Shown here piece after piece: positions 36,945-45,516 of a DNA stretch of 64,000 bases. Position 1 is the stretch's first letter. Each line of letters opens with the position of its first letter. The position numbers and the translations under genes are program-made. Source of the stretch: Hyphomonadaceae bacterium (lineage in GTDB: Bacteria; Pseudomonadota; Alphaproteobacteria; Caulobacterales; Aquidulcibacteraceae); NCBI GenBank assembly GCA_040381075.1, contig JBEIHX010000012.1, positions 20,557 to 84,556 of the forward strand, in the 5' to 3' direction. The notes beneath the pieces are model-generated. The model searched no databases. It was not told where the DNA came from and worked only from the letters and a program-made list of their open reading frames with translations.

Positions 36945-37126
36945 TGCGCGACACCCTGCCTTGCCGCCGCTGGCAAACCCTGCGGCTCATTGCTGACAAA
37001 TCGGACAATCCATTATGTTAGTCAATATGAATTTATTGAAAAACAATATTTCCCCCTGCGGTGCGCGGGCGACTCCGATCAACATCGACGGCTACGCAAA
37101 CCCTGCAGGCTTGAAGTAGTGTAAAC

Positions 37127-38605
37127 ATGATATCCGCCAGCCGGGCAGCCAGCCGCGCGCCCGACAGCGCATCGGACGCAGCAATGGACCACGAGAAGGT
37201 GATCAGGGCCGATCTGGTGCTGCGCAGGGCGCAACGTCGCCGTGACCTGACGGCGTTCATCGCCCTGCTCGGCGGCGCACTCACCGCCGCCGCAGTCTTC
37301 GGCCTGATCGGCTGGCTGCCAGCCTTGGCCGTGACGGCCTTTGTCGCGCTCACCGGGGCCTGGTATGCTTTTCTGGCGGGCGAGGCGGATCAGGGCGCCG
37401 CCGTCGCCACCGTGCGGGCTGCAGCCGTGGCCGCCGTCGGACAGGATGGCGGATCGACCGAGGCGGTCGTGCGCCGATTGCTCGAGGCAATGCCGGACCC
37501 CGTGCTCGCGCTGGACGCAACGGGTCGCGTGGAGGCCTCAAACGCCGCCGCGCGGGCCCGGTTCCGGATCCCCGCCGCCGGGGCGCAACTGCAATCCTTT
37601 CTGCGACAGCCCGAACTGCTCGACGCCCTCGCCAGCGCCGCCGAAGGCCGCGTTGAGGACGTCGCGTACACCACCACCGGCCCCATCGCCGAGCACGTGC
37701 GCGCCCATGTGGCCGCCCTGAGCCTGAATGACCGACAGCTGCGGCTTGTCGTGTTTCACGATGAGACCCAGGCGCGCAAGGTCGAGCAGATGCGCGTCGA
37801 TTTTCTCGCCGACGCAAGCCACGAACTGCGCACCCCCCTGGCGGTTCTCGCCGGCTATATTGAAACCTTGCGGGGTCACGCCAGGGACGACGCCCAGGCG
37901 CAGGATCGCTTCCTGACGGTGATGCAGGGGCAGGCGGAACGCATGCGCCGTCTGATCAATGATCTGCTGTCGCTCTCGCGCATCGAACTCAATGAGCACG
38001 TGCCCCCGACCGCGCGCGCCGATCTCGGCTGGATTGCGCGCGAAGCCGTGGACGCCATGGCCCCGATCGCGCAGGCCCGCGGGGTGCGCCTGGAGATCAC
38101 CGGCCCGACCGCCAGGGTCTGGGTCACCGGCGACCGTGATCAACTCACTCAGGTGCTTCAGAACCTGATCGACAACGCCATCAAGTTTGCCCGCGCGCGC
38201 GTCGTTGTGGACGTGGGCGACGCCCTCGCGCGCGACGCGGCGATCCTCGCCGCCTCGCGACGCTGGAGCGGTGCGGCCCGCATTTCGATCAGCCCGCCGC
38301 CCTCTGCAGCCGCCGAGGCCTTCGCCTTCGTGCGCGTGAGCGATGACGGGAGAGGCATTCCGCGCGCCCACTTGCCCCGGCTGTCCGAGCGCTTTTACCG
38401 GGTTGAGGACCAGCGTTCGAGCGAGCGGACGGGCACCGGCCTGGGCCTCGCCATCGTCAAACACATCGTCAACCGCCATCGCGGGGCGTTGACGGTTGAA
38501 AGCGTTGTCGACGAGGGCTCTGCATTCGCCATCCTTGTCCCTGGCGCCGGCGCGTCGCCGCACGAGGCCAATGGGCCGGCGGCCGCCGAGGCGATGGCCA
38601 CCTGA
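37127..38605 (+). CDS. phoR: phosphate regulon sensor histidine kinase PhoR
   Basis: TM region, PAS, HisKA H-box FLADASHELRTPL, HATPase N/G boxes (NLIDNAIKF, DDGRGI, GTGLGLAIV). Context with pstB-phoU-phoB. Confidence 0.85.
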   Translation: MISASRAASRAPDSASDAAMDHEKVIRADLVLRRAQRRRDLTAFIALLGGALTAAAVFGLIGWLPALAVTAFVALTGAWYAFLAGEADQGAAVATVRAAAVAAVGQDGGSTEAVVRRLLEAMPDPVLALDATGRVEASNAAARARFRIPAAGAQLQSFLRQPELLDALASAAEGRVEDVAYTTTGPIAEHVRAHVAALSLNDRQLRLVVFHDETQARKVEQMRVDFLADASHELRTPLAVLAGYIETLRGHARDDAQAQDRFLTVMQGQAERMRRLINDLLSLSRIELNEHVPPTARADLGWIAREAVDAMAPIAQARGVRLEITGPTARVWVTGDRDQLTQVLQNLIDNAIKFARARVVVDVGDALARDAAILAASRRWSGAARISISPPPSAAAEAFAFVRVSDDGRGIPRAHLPRLSERFYRVEDQRSSERTGTGLGLAIVKHIVNRHRGALTVESVVDEGSAFAILVPGAGASPHEANGPAAAEAMAT

Positions 38606-38679
38606 CGGAACGTCCGCCTGCCGCGTCACCTGCCGCGCCATCTGCGGCGGGCGCTCGCGCGCGGTGCGCCCGAAACCGT

Positions 38680-38697
38680 CGGTCATGAACCTGTCAT
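38680..38697 (+). promoter_or_regulatory. Pho-box-like direct repeat CGGTCAT-GAAC-CTGTCAT
   Basis: Two 7-bp half-sites with a 4-bp spacer matching the CTGTCAT-N4-CTGTCAT architecture, 75 bp after the phoR stop and about 340 bp upstream of pstB. Confidence 0.45.
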
Positions 38698-38838
38698 GGA
38701 AGCTTCGTAGGAGGGAGACGGTGCGTCGGTGCAGGTTTTCGGTCCCCGAGGAGCTGGCGGAAGTCCTGCGCCCGGCGCAGGCAGGACCAGGCCCAGGCCG
38801 GACCCATTGCGCCAGTGGTTTTTCCAGCGGCGTCCCCT

Positions 38839-38994
38839 GGGGGTTGCGCCGGGGGTTGCGCCGGGGGTTGCGCCGGGGTTTGCGCCGGGGTTTGCGCCGG
38901 GGTTTGCGCCGGGGTTTGCGCCGGGGTTTGCGCCGGGGTTTGCATCGGGGTTTGCATCGGGCCCTCTATCGGGCTCTTCACGGGGGTCTTGAAT
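38839..38994. repeat. tandem repeat, 12-bp unit x~13: GGGGGTTGCGCC x3, GGGGTTTGCGCC x5, GGGGTTTGCATC x2, then 3 degenerate copies
   Basis: Read directly. Largest array in the window, with an ordered gradient of variants and G4-5 runs every 12 bp on the + strand. Confidence 0.95.
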
Positions 38995-39040
38995 GCGCGA
39001 CTGGCGTATCCGCAGCCAGGCGGACGGCGGTACGGACGTC

Positions 39041-39853
39041 ATGCCAGGCGCAGCTCCCGGCGGGGGCGCGCAGCCGCGGCTTGCGCCTGAGGTCCAGACC
39101 GTGAAAGTCGCCGCCCGGCAGGTGAATGTCTTCTATGGCGCCAAACAGGCCCTGTTCGACGTGACGCTCGACGTGCCGGATCGCTCCGTCACCGCATTCA
39201 TCGGTCCATCCGGCTGCGGAAAGTCAACATTTCTGCGCTGCATCAACCGGATGAACGACACCATCGAAAGCTGCCGCGTCACCGGACTGATCACGATCGA
39301 CGGCAAGAACGCCTATGATCGGGATGTCGATCCGGTGGTGCTTCGCGCCTCGGTCGGCATGGTGTTTCAGAAGCCGAACCCGTTTCCGAAGTCGATCTTC
39401 GACAATGTAGCCTACGGTCCGCGGATCCATGGCCTGGCCCGCTCCGGCGCCGAGCTTGACGAGGTTGTCGAAACCAGCCTGCGGCGCGCCGGCCTGTGGG
39501 AAGAGGTCAAGGACCGATTGCACCAGCCCGGAACCAGCCTGTCCGGCGGACAGCAGCAGCGTCTGGTGATCGCCCGCGCAATCGCCGTGAATCCGGAAGT
39601 CATCCTGATGGACGAGCCCTGTTCCGCGCTCGACCCGATCGCCACGGCCAGGATCGAGGAACTGATCGACGAATTGCGCGCCACCTTCTGCATCGTCATT
39701 GTCACGCACTCGATGGCGCAGGCCGCCCGCGTTTCGCAACAGACCGCCTTCTTCCACCTTGGCCGACTCGTGGAGACCGGATCTACTGAAGAGATATTCA
39801 CCAATCCGCGCGACAGCCGCACCCAGGATTACATCACCGGCCGCTTCGGCTGA
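39041..39853 (+). CDS. pstB: phosphate ABC transporter ATP-binding protein PstB
   Basis: [71 protein letters not shown]. Start uncertain (ATG 38993 or 39041, or GTG 39101). Confidence 0.9.
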   Translation: MPGAAPGGGAQPRLAPEVQTVKVAARQVNVFYGAKQALFDVTLDVPDRSVTAFIGPSGCGKSTFLRCINRMNDTIESCRVTGLITIDGKNAYDRDVDPVVLRASVGMVFQKPNPFPKSIFDNVAYGPRIHGLARSGAELDEVVETSLRRAGLWEEVKDRLHQPGTSLSGGQQQRLVIARAIAVNPEVILMDEPCSALDPIATARIEELIDELRATFCIVIVTHSMAQAARVSQQTAFFHLGRLVETGSTEEIFTNPRDSRTQDYITGRFG

Positions 39854-39876
39854 CCGCGGACAGGAGGATCGCGCCG

Positions 39877-40569
39877 ATGACGGAACACACCATCAAAGCC
39901 TTCGGCGAGGAACTGAAACAGCTCTCGAGCGACATCGCACGCATGGGCGGTCTGGCCGAAAGCCTCGTCTCTGACGCCCTCGCCTCCGTCGCCCGGCGGG
40001 ACAGCGCCCTTGCAAAGGCCACCATCGCCCGCGACGCCCAGATCGACGCCATGCACAAGGATCTCGAACGGCGCATCATCCGCCTGCTGGCGCTGCGCCA
40101 GCCCATGGCGCGCGACCTCCGCGAGGCGATCGCCGGCATCAAGCTGGCCATCGATATCGAACGCATCGGCGATCTCGGCAAGAACATCGCCAAGCGCGCG
40201 CTGATCCTGCACCAGAGCGACCCGATCCCCCTCACGCGCAGCGTCGAGCGGCTCGGCCGGATCGTCTGCACAAGCCTGAAGGAAGTCCTGGACGCCTACG
40301 CCAGCGCAGAGACCGGCCGCGCCGTGGCCGTCTGGAGACAGGACGACGAAATCGACGAACATTACAGCGCGCTGTTCCGCGAACTCCTCACCTACATGTT
40401 TGAGGATCCCCGCACCATCACGCCCAGCGCCCACATGCTCTTCATCGCGAAGAACCTGGAGCGCATCGGCGATCACTGCACCAACATGGCTGAGACCGTG
40501 CATTACCTCGTGACTGGCGAGGAACTGCCCGCAGAACGTCCGAAGGCGGACCTGCTGGCGCCGCAATAG
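39877..40569 (+). CDS. phoU: phosphate signalling complex protein PhoU
   Basis: 230 aa, two PhoU repeats (D..ID; ERIGDLGKNIA / ERIGDHCTNMAE). AGGAGG upstream. Confidence 0.9.
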   Translation: MTEHTIKAFGEELKQLSSDIARMGGLAESLVSDALASVARRDSALAKATIARDAQIDAMHKDLERRIIRLLALRQPMARDLREAIAGIKLAIDIERIGDLGKNIAKRALILHQSDPIPLTRSVERLGRIVCTSLKEVLDAYASAETGRAVAVWRQDDEIDEHYSALFRELLTYMFEDPRTITPSAHMLFIAKNLERIGDHCTNMAETVHYLVTGEELPAERPKADLLAPQ

Positions 40570-40610
40570 ACCGGCGCGCAGGGTGTCCTGCACACGCGAG
40601 GGGGGTCGAC

Positions 40611-41303
40611 GTGAGCCCGTATGTCCTGGTGGTTGAAGACGAAGAAGCGCTTGCCGCCCTGCTTCAGTACAATCTGGAGAAGGAAGGCTTTCGCGTCGGC
40701 GTGGCCCATGACGGAGAAGAAGCCCTTGTCATGGTCGAGGAACGCCAGCCCGACCTCGTCATCCTGGATTGGATGCTGCCGAAGGTGCCTGGCATCGAGG
40801 TGTGCCGACGCCTGCGCGCCAAGGCTGAAACACGCAATATCCCGATTATGATGCTGACCGCGCGCGGCGAGGAAAGCGATCGCATCCGAGGCCTCGACAC
40901 CGGCGCAGACGACTACGTGGTGAAACCCTTCGGCATGGCCGAACTCCTGGCGCGTCTGCGCGCCGTGATGCGGCGCATCCGTCCTGGTCTCGCCGAGGAC
41001 CGCGTGCGGGTCGGCGACATCGTGATCGATCGCGTCGCCCATCGCGTCAAACGCGGCCAGCGCGACATTCATCTCGGGCCAACAGAGTTCCGCCTGCTCG
41101 ACTATCTGATGCAGCACCCCGGACGGGTGTTTTCGCGTGAGCAGTTGCTCGACGCAGTGTGGGGCTCTGATGTCTATGTCGAGGCGCGCACCGTTGACGT
41201 CCACATCGGACGCCTGCGCCGCGCGCTGAACGAAGACGACGAGGCCGATCTCATCCGCACGGTCCGCTCAGCGGGCTACTCCCTTGATCCGGACGCACGC
41301 TGA
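40611..41303 (+). CDS. phoB: phosphate regulon response regulator PhoB
   Basis: Receiver domain (VLVVEDEEAL, DLVILDWMLP, K at MLTARG) plus winged-helix OmpR-type output (TVDVHIGRLRRAL). GTG start. Confidence 0.9.
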   Translation: MSPYVLVVEDEEALAALLQYNLEKEGFRVGVAHDGEEALVMVEERQPDLVILDWMLPKVPGIEVCRRLRAKAETRNIPIMMLTARGEESDRIRGLDTGADDYVVKPFGMAELLARLRAVMRRIRPGLAEDRVRVGDIVIDRVAHRVKRGQRDIHLGPTEFRLLDYLMQHPGRVFSREQLLDAVWGSDVYVEARTVDVHIGRLRRALNEDDEADLIRTVRSAGYSLDPDAR

Positions 41304-41411
41304 CCTCAACCAACCGCGCCGCCGCCGGCGCTGCGCCCCGCACGGCCCGATCCATATCGGATGACACAGGACAGGCCAGGGGCGAACCGGCCGCCGACAG
41401 GAGAACGCAAC

Positions 41412-42191
41412 ATGAGCGTGCGCAGCGCCATCATCACCGGGGCGACCAGCGGCATCGGACGCGGCGTCGCCCAGACCTTCGCCAGGGCCGGCATGAACCT
41501 GCTGATCAACGGGTTCGGCGACACCGCAGCGATTGAACAGGAGATCGCTGCGCTGCAGGCGCTCGGTGCGTCGACCGCGCTCCATGCGCCAGCCGACATG
41601 GCCAACCCCGCCGATGTCGCCGCCATGGTGGCCAGGGCGGAGGAGGCGTTCGGGTCTGTCGACATTCTCGTCAACAACGCCGGCGTCCAGCATGTCGCGC
41701 CGATCGAAGAATTTCCCATCGAGAAGTGGGACCACATCCTCGCCATCAACCTCAGCGGGCCATTCCACGCCATCCGCTGCGCCATGCCGGGCATGAAACG
41801 GCGGGGCTACGGGCGGATCATCAACATCGCCAGCGCACACGCGCTCGTCGCGTCACCCTTCAAGTCAGCCTATGTCGCCGCCAAGCACGGACTTGCGGGG
41901 CTGACCAGGACCGTTGCGCTCGAGGGCGCGCCGTTCGGCGTGCGCTGCAACGCCATATGCCCGGGCTATGTTCTGACGCCGCTCGTCGAGCGCCAGATCC
42001 CGGACACCATGAAGGCGCGCGGGCTGACCCGCGAGCAGGTCATCCAGGATGTGCTCCTGCAGGCCCAGCCGACCAAAGACTTCGTCTCCATCGACCAGGT
42101 GGCCGGTTTCTGCGCTTTCCTCGCCTCCGACGCGGCCGACCAGATCAACGGCGCACTGCTCTCGATCGACGGCGGCTGGACAGCCCAATGA
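41412..42191 (+). CDS. bdhA: D-3-hydroxybutyrate dehydrogenase
   Basis: ITGATSGIGRG, LINGFGD, NNAGVQHVAPIEEFP, INIASAHALVASPFKSAYVAAKHG, SIDGGWTAQ. Start at ATG 41412 after AGGAGA. Confidence 0.88.
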   Translation: MSVRSAIITGATSGIGRGVAQTFARAGMNLLINGFGDTAAIEQEIAALQALGASTALHAPADMANPADVAAMVARAEEAFGSVDILVNNAGVQHVAPIEEFPIEKWDHILAINLSGPFHAIRCAMPGMKRRGYGRIINIASAHALVASPFKSAYVAAKHGLAGLTRTVALEGAPFGVRCNAICPGYVLTPLVERQIPDTMKARGLTREQVIQDVLLQAQPTKDFVSIDQVAGFCAFLASDAADQINGALLSIDGGWTAQ

Positions 42192-42234
42192 CCCATCCCG
42201 CCGGGCGGCGACAGCCCGCCCGGCGTCTCACGCA

Positions 42235-42567
42235 TCAGATTGCCTCTGAGGCCGGACGCGGGTCTTCGTGCAGCCTGACGATCCACATCCCCTCAGCCGT
42301 CGGCATGGCGCGAATCGCCCGCCCGGCGGCGATTTCAGCCCGCAGGAAACGGCCGACAGGCTGAAAGAGGGTCTCCCCGCCGCCCGGGCGCGCGGGCTCG
42401 AAGCGGACGAGGACGCGTCCGCGACCCACGGCGCGGTGGGCGCCGAGCGCAGCGGCGAGCCAGTCCAGCGCCGCACCCGCCGCAAGACCGCTGAGATCCA
42501 CCTCGGCGTCCACCACCAGGTTCTCGGTGGTCAGGGCCCTGGCGTCGTCTGGATCAAGGATCGGCAT
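42235..42567 (-). CDS. hypothetical protein, weak degenerate Smr-like resemblance
   Basis: 110 aa. VDLSGL...ALDWLAAAL...GRVLVRF...GGGETLFQPVGRFL...MWIVRL loosely parallels the Smr pattern LDLHG...IIHGKG...V.L, but without the His/Gly-Lys-Gly residues. Lies 32 bp downstream of mmcB. Confidence 0.45.
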   Translation of the reverse strand: MPILDPDDARALTTENLVVDAEVDLSGLAAGAALDWLAAALGAHRAVGRGRVLVRFEPARPGGGETLFQPVGRFLRAEIAAGRAIRAMPTAEGMWIVRLHEDPRPASEAI

Positions 42568-42598
42568 CGCGCGACTGTGAAACGCCGACCGGCGTGGT

Positions 42599-43033
42599 TC
42601 AAGCGCCGTCTGTGGTGATCGCCCGCATGGCCGCCAGGCGCGCCAGGAGCAGCGTCATCGACTTTCGCCGCGCCGGCGCGAGGCTGGTCGGCGCGGCGGC
42701 GCGCACAAACGCGCCGTCGAACGCGTCCGCGACAATCACGCCTGGACCCTGCGGCAGCAAGTCCTGCGGAAAATCCGGCGCGATCGCGAAAAAGAAGCGG
42801 TCGCAGAAGGCGCCATAGTCAGGCCATTTGGCGTCTGACAGGAAATCCGCCGGGCCGGACTTGACCTCCGCGATCCACAACTCGCCCCTGACCCCGATGC
42901 CCACCACGTCTGCGCGCCGACCATTGGGCAGCGGCGCCTCGAGGACGCTCGCCACATTCCAGGCCGCAAACAGGCGCACCACGCCCTGCGTGATGATCCG
43001 GGTCGTCTCTGGGCGGCTCAGCGCCTCGGCCAT
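42599..43033 (-). CDS. mmcB: MmcB-family DNA repair protein (PD-(D/E)xK nuclease fold)
   Basis: GRRADVVGIGVRGELWIAEVKSGPADFLSDAKWPDYGAFCDRFFFAIAPDFP. Start uncertain (ATG 43033 or 43126). Confidence 0.75.
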   Translation of the reverse strand: MAEALSRPETTRIITQGVVRLFAAWNVASVLEAPLPNGRRADVVGIGVRGELWIAEVKSGPADFLSDAKWPDYGAFCDRFFFAIAPDFPQDLLPQGPGVIVADAFDGAFVRAAAPTSLAPARRKSMTLLLARLAAMRAITTDGA

Positions 43034-43243
43034 GCCTGAAACATCGCTCCAGGCGTGTGCGAAATCAAACTGCGCCCGGCAGGGCGGGCCGGCGGGATCG
43101 GTCGCGGCGTGAGCCGGCCCGCGCATGACGCTTTGGCGGGCTCGCCGGGGGCCGCGCAGGCGACGCCTGTCGGCCCGGGGGCCACGGGCCCCGCCGCCGG
43201 TGTGGGTCTCGCTTCCCCGCGCCGGCGCGGCTATGACACCTGC

Positions 43244-44653
43244 ATGAACGTGCATATCGTCGGCATCGCCGGGGCAGGGGTGTCAGCCCTCGCCTCAATT
43301 CTCGCCTCTCAGGGCGCGCAGGTGACTGGGTCGGACGCAGACGCCTTTCCCCCCGTCACCACCTACCTTGACCGCGCAGGCATCCGCTACGCCACCCGTT
43401 TTGACCGGGCCAACGTTCCAGAGCATGTCGATCTCGCGATCATCGGCACCACCGCGCGTCTCACACCACAGGACAATCCGGAGATCGCTGAACTCACCCG
43501 GCGCGGCGTCCCGCGCCACACCTTCGCTGAATATCTCGGCGAACTCACAAGGGACCGCCACACCCTCATTGTGGCCGGCAGCTTCGGCAAGTCCACGCTC
43601 ACCGCGATGATCGCCTGCGCGCTTCGTGCGGCCGGCCGCGATCCCGGCTGGTTCGTCGGAGCTGTCCCGCTTGACCTGCCGGCCACGGGCCATGGCGGGC
43701 GGGATCGGGAGTTCATCGTTGAAGGCGACGAATATGTGAATGCGCTCACCGACCGGCGCTCCAAGTTCCTGCTGTATCATCCGCGCGACACCCTCATCAC
43801 GTCTGTGGCGCATGATCACGTCAACATGTTCCCGACGATGAGCGCGTACGAGGCCCCCTTCGCGGCGCTGATCGAGCGCACGCCGCGCGATGGGCTGCTG
43901 GTCTGCGCCCACCGCTATGAGAACCTGCGCTCCATGACGGGCGATCGCGCCACGGTGTGGTATGGCCTTGACCCGCAAGCCCACTACCACGCGCGAAATG
44001 TGCGCATCGCAGAGACGACCCGCTTCGACCTTGTCACGCCTGGGGGTGAGACCATCGAGATCGCGACCGGGCTTCTTGGCCTTCACAACATCGAAAACAT
44101 CGTCGGCGCCTGCGCCTATCTTCTGGCGCGCGGTCTGACGCCGGCCAGCGCTCTGGTCAGAGCCTTTGCTGACTTTCGCGGCGTCGCGCGCCGGCTCGAC
44201 AAGAAAACCCGCCGCTCGCGCGCCCCGGCCTATGAGGGCTTCGGATCATCCTATGAAAAGGCCCGATCCGCCATTGAGGCCATGAAGCTGCATTTCCCAG
44301 AGCGCCGCCTCGTCGTGGTGTTCGAACCCCATACATTCAGCTGGCGGAACAAAGATGCTCTCGAATGGTATGACAGCGTCTTCACCGGCGCCGGCGCCGT
44401 GGTGATCCTGCCTCCGCCGACCCACGGCGCCGCCGGGCATGACCAGATCAGCCACGAGGAGATCATCGCGCGCACCCGCGCCGCCGGCGTCACTGCATTC
44501 GCCGCGCCTGACGGCGACGCCGTCATGACCTACGCGCAGGATCACATCACTCCTGATGACGTCGTGCTCCTTTTGTCCTCCGGACCACTTGCAGGCCTCG
44601 CCGCGCGCCTGCCGGCCTGGCTTGATGAAACCTTCGCCGGACCTTCGTCATGA
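43244..44653 (+). CDS. mpl: UDP-N-acetylmuramate:L-alanyl-gamma-D-glutamyl-meso-DAP ligase (Mur ligase family)
   Basis: MNVHIVGIAGAGVSALASILASQGAQVTGSD, GSFGKSTLTAM P-loop, Mur ligase middle and C domains. Start at ATG 43244. Confidence 0.8.
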   Translation: MNVHIVGIAGAGVSALASILASQGAQVTGSDADAFPPVTTYLDRAGIRYATRFDRANVPEHVDLAIIGTTARLTPQDNPEIAELTRRGVPRHTFAEYLGELTRDRHTLIVAGSFGKSTLTAMIACALRAAGRDPGWFVGAVPLDLPATGHGGRDREFIVEGDEYVNALTDRRSKFLLYHPRDTLITSVAHDHVNMFPTMSAYEAPFAALIERTPRDGLLVCAHRYENLRSMTGDRATVWYGLDPQAHYHARNVRIAETTRFDLVTPGGETIEIATGLLGLHNIENIVGACAYLLARGLTPASALVRAFADFRGVARRLDKKTRRSRAPAYEGFGSSYEKARSAIEAMKLHFPERRLVVVFEPHTFSWRNKDALEWYDSVFTGAGAVVILPPPTHGAAGHDQISHEEIIARTRAAGVTAFAAPDGDAVMTYAQDHITPDDVVLLLSSGPLAGLAARLPAWLDETFAGPSS

Positions 44654-45516
44654 CGGACTTCTTTCCAGGCTTCAGCCGGGAGCGGATAAAAGTCGACGAT
44701 GTGACTATCCATGCCCGCGTCGGGGGCGCAGGACCGCCCCTCCTGCTGCTGCACGGCGCCCCGCAGTCGCACGTCATGTGGCGCAGGACAGCCCCCGCCC
44801 TTGCACAACGGTTCACAGTCGTGGCGAGTGATCTGCGCGGCTATGGCGAGAGCGACAAACCAGCCGGCGGCGGCGATCACGCCGCCTATGCAAAGCGTCA
44901 GATGGCCGCTGATCAGCATGGACTGATGCGCGCGCTTGGTTTTGACCGCTTCTGTCTTGCCGGGCACGACCGGGGCGCCCGCACTGCGCGGCGCCTCGCG
45001 AAGGATCATCGCGCAGCCGTCGAACGGCTCGCCATCCTCGATATCGTCCCCACTGCCTGGATTTACAAAAACGTCACCCGCGAGGTTGCGGCCAATCTGT
45101 GGCACTGGTTCTTTTTCAGTCAGCCCGAACCCATCCCGGAAATCCTCATGGGCGACAAGGCCGCGCGGTTCGCCGCAGGCTCGGTTCGCGCCGCTCCGGA
45201 TGAGGAGGCCGCCAGGGCCTATGGTGAAACCAACGGCGCGCCGCAGGCCTGGCATGCGATGTGTGAAGACTATCGCGCCGGGGCAAGCATCGACCTGATC
45301 CACGACGCCGCTGACGCGGATCACCCGATCGAATGTCCAACGCTGGTCGCCTGGGGACGCGCATCGCCGTCTACGGGCGCGCTGTTCGACGTCCCTGCCG
45401 CCTGGGCGCATGAAGCCGGTGATCTCAGCTTCCTGAGCTTCGATTGCGGACACTTCCTGCCGGAAGAACGTCCTGCAGAGACTGTCGAGGCGCTCACATC
45501 CTTCTTCGCCGCCTAG
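44650..45516 (+). CDS. alpha/beta hydrolase, haloacetate (fluoroacetate) dehalogenase-like
   Basis: [14 protein letters not shown], nucleophile motif [18 protein letters not shown]-terminal [12 protein letters not shown] overlap with the mpl stop. Confidence 0.75.
   Translation: MTDFFPGFSRERIKVDDVTIHARVGGAGPPLLLLHGAPQSHVMWRRTAPALAQRFTVVASDLRGYGESDKPAGGGDHAAYAKRQMAADQHGLMRALGFDRFCLAGHDRGARTARRLAKDHRAAVERLAILDIVPTAWIYKNVTREVAANLWHWFFFSQPEPIPEILMGDKAARFAAGSVRAAPDEEAARAYGETNGAPQAWHAMCEDYRAGASIDLIHDAADADHPIECPTLVAWGRASPSTGALFDVPAAWAHEAGDLSFLSFDCGHFLPEERPAETVEALTSFFAA

Noticed and set aside
38839-38994. Possible CRISPR array (also considered for the other arrays)
   Set aside because: The repeats abut directly with no unique spacers, the units are only 12-16 bp, and there are no cas genes or leader sequence in the window.
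38496-39104. 202-aa ORF encoding (GLRR)n, and sibling frames encoding (PGFA)n or (CAGV)n
   Set aside because: These peptides are just translations of the 12-bp tandem array in three frames. The ORF also overlaps the phoR 3' end and has no independent coding signal.
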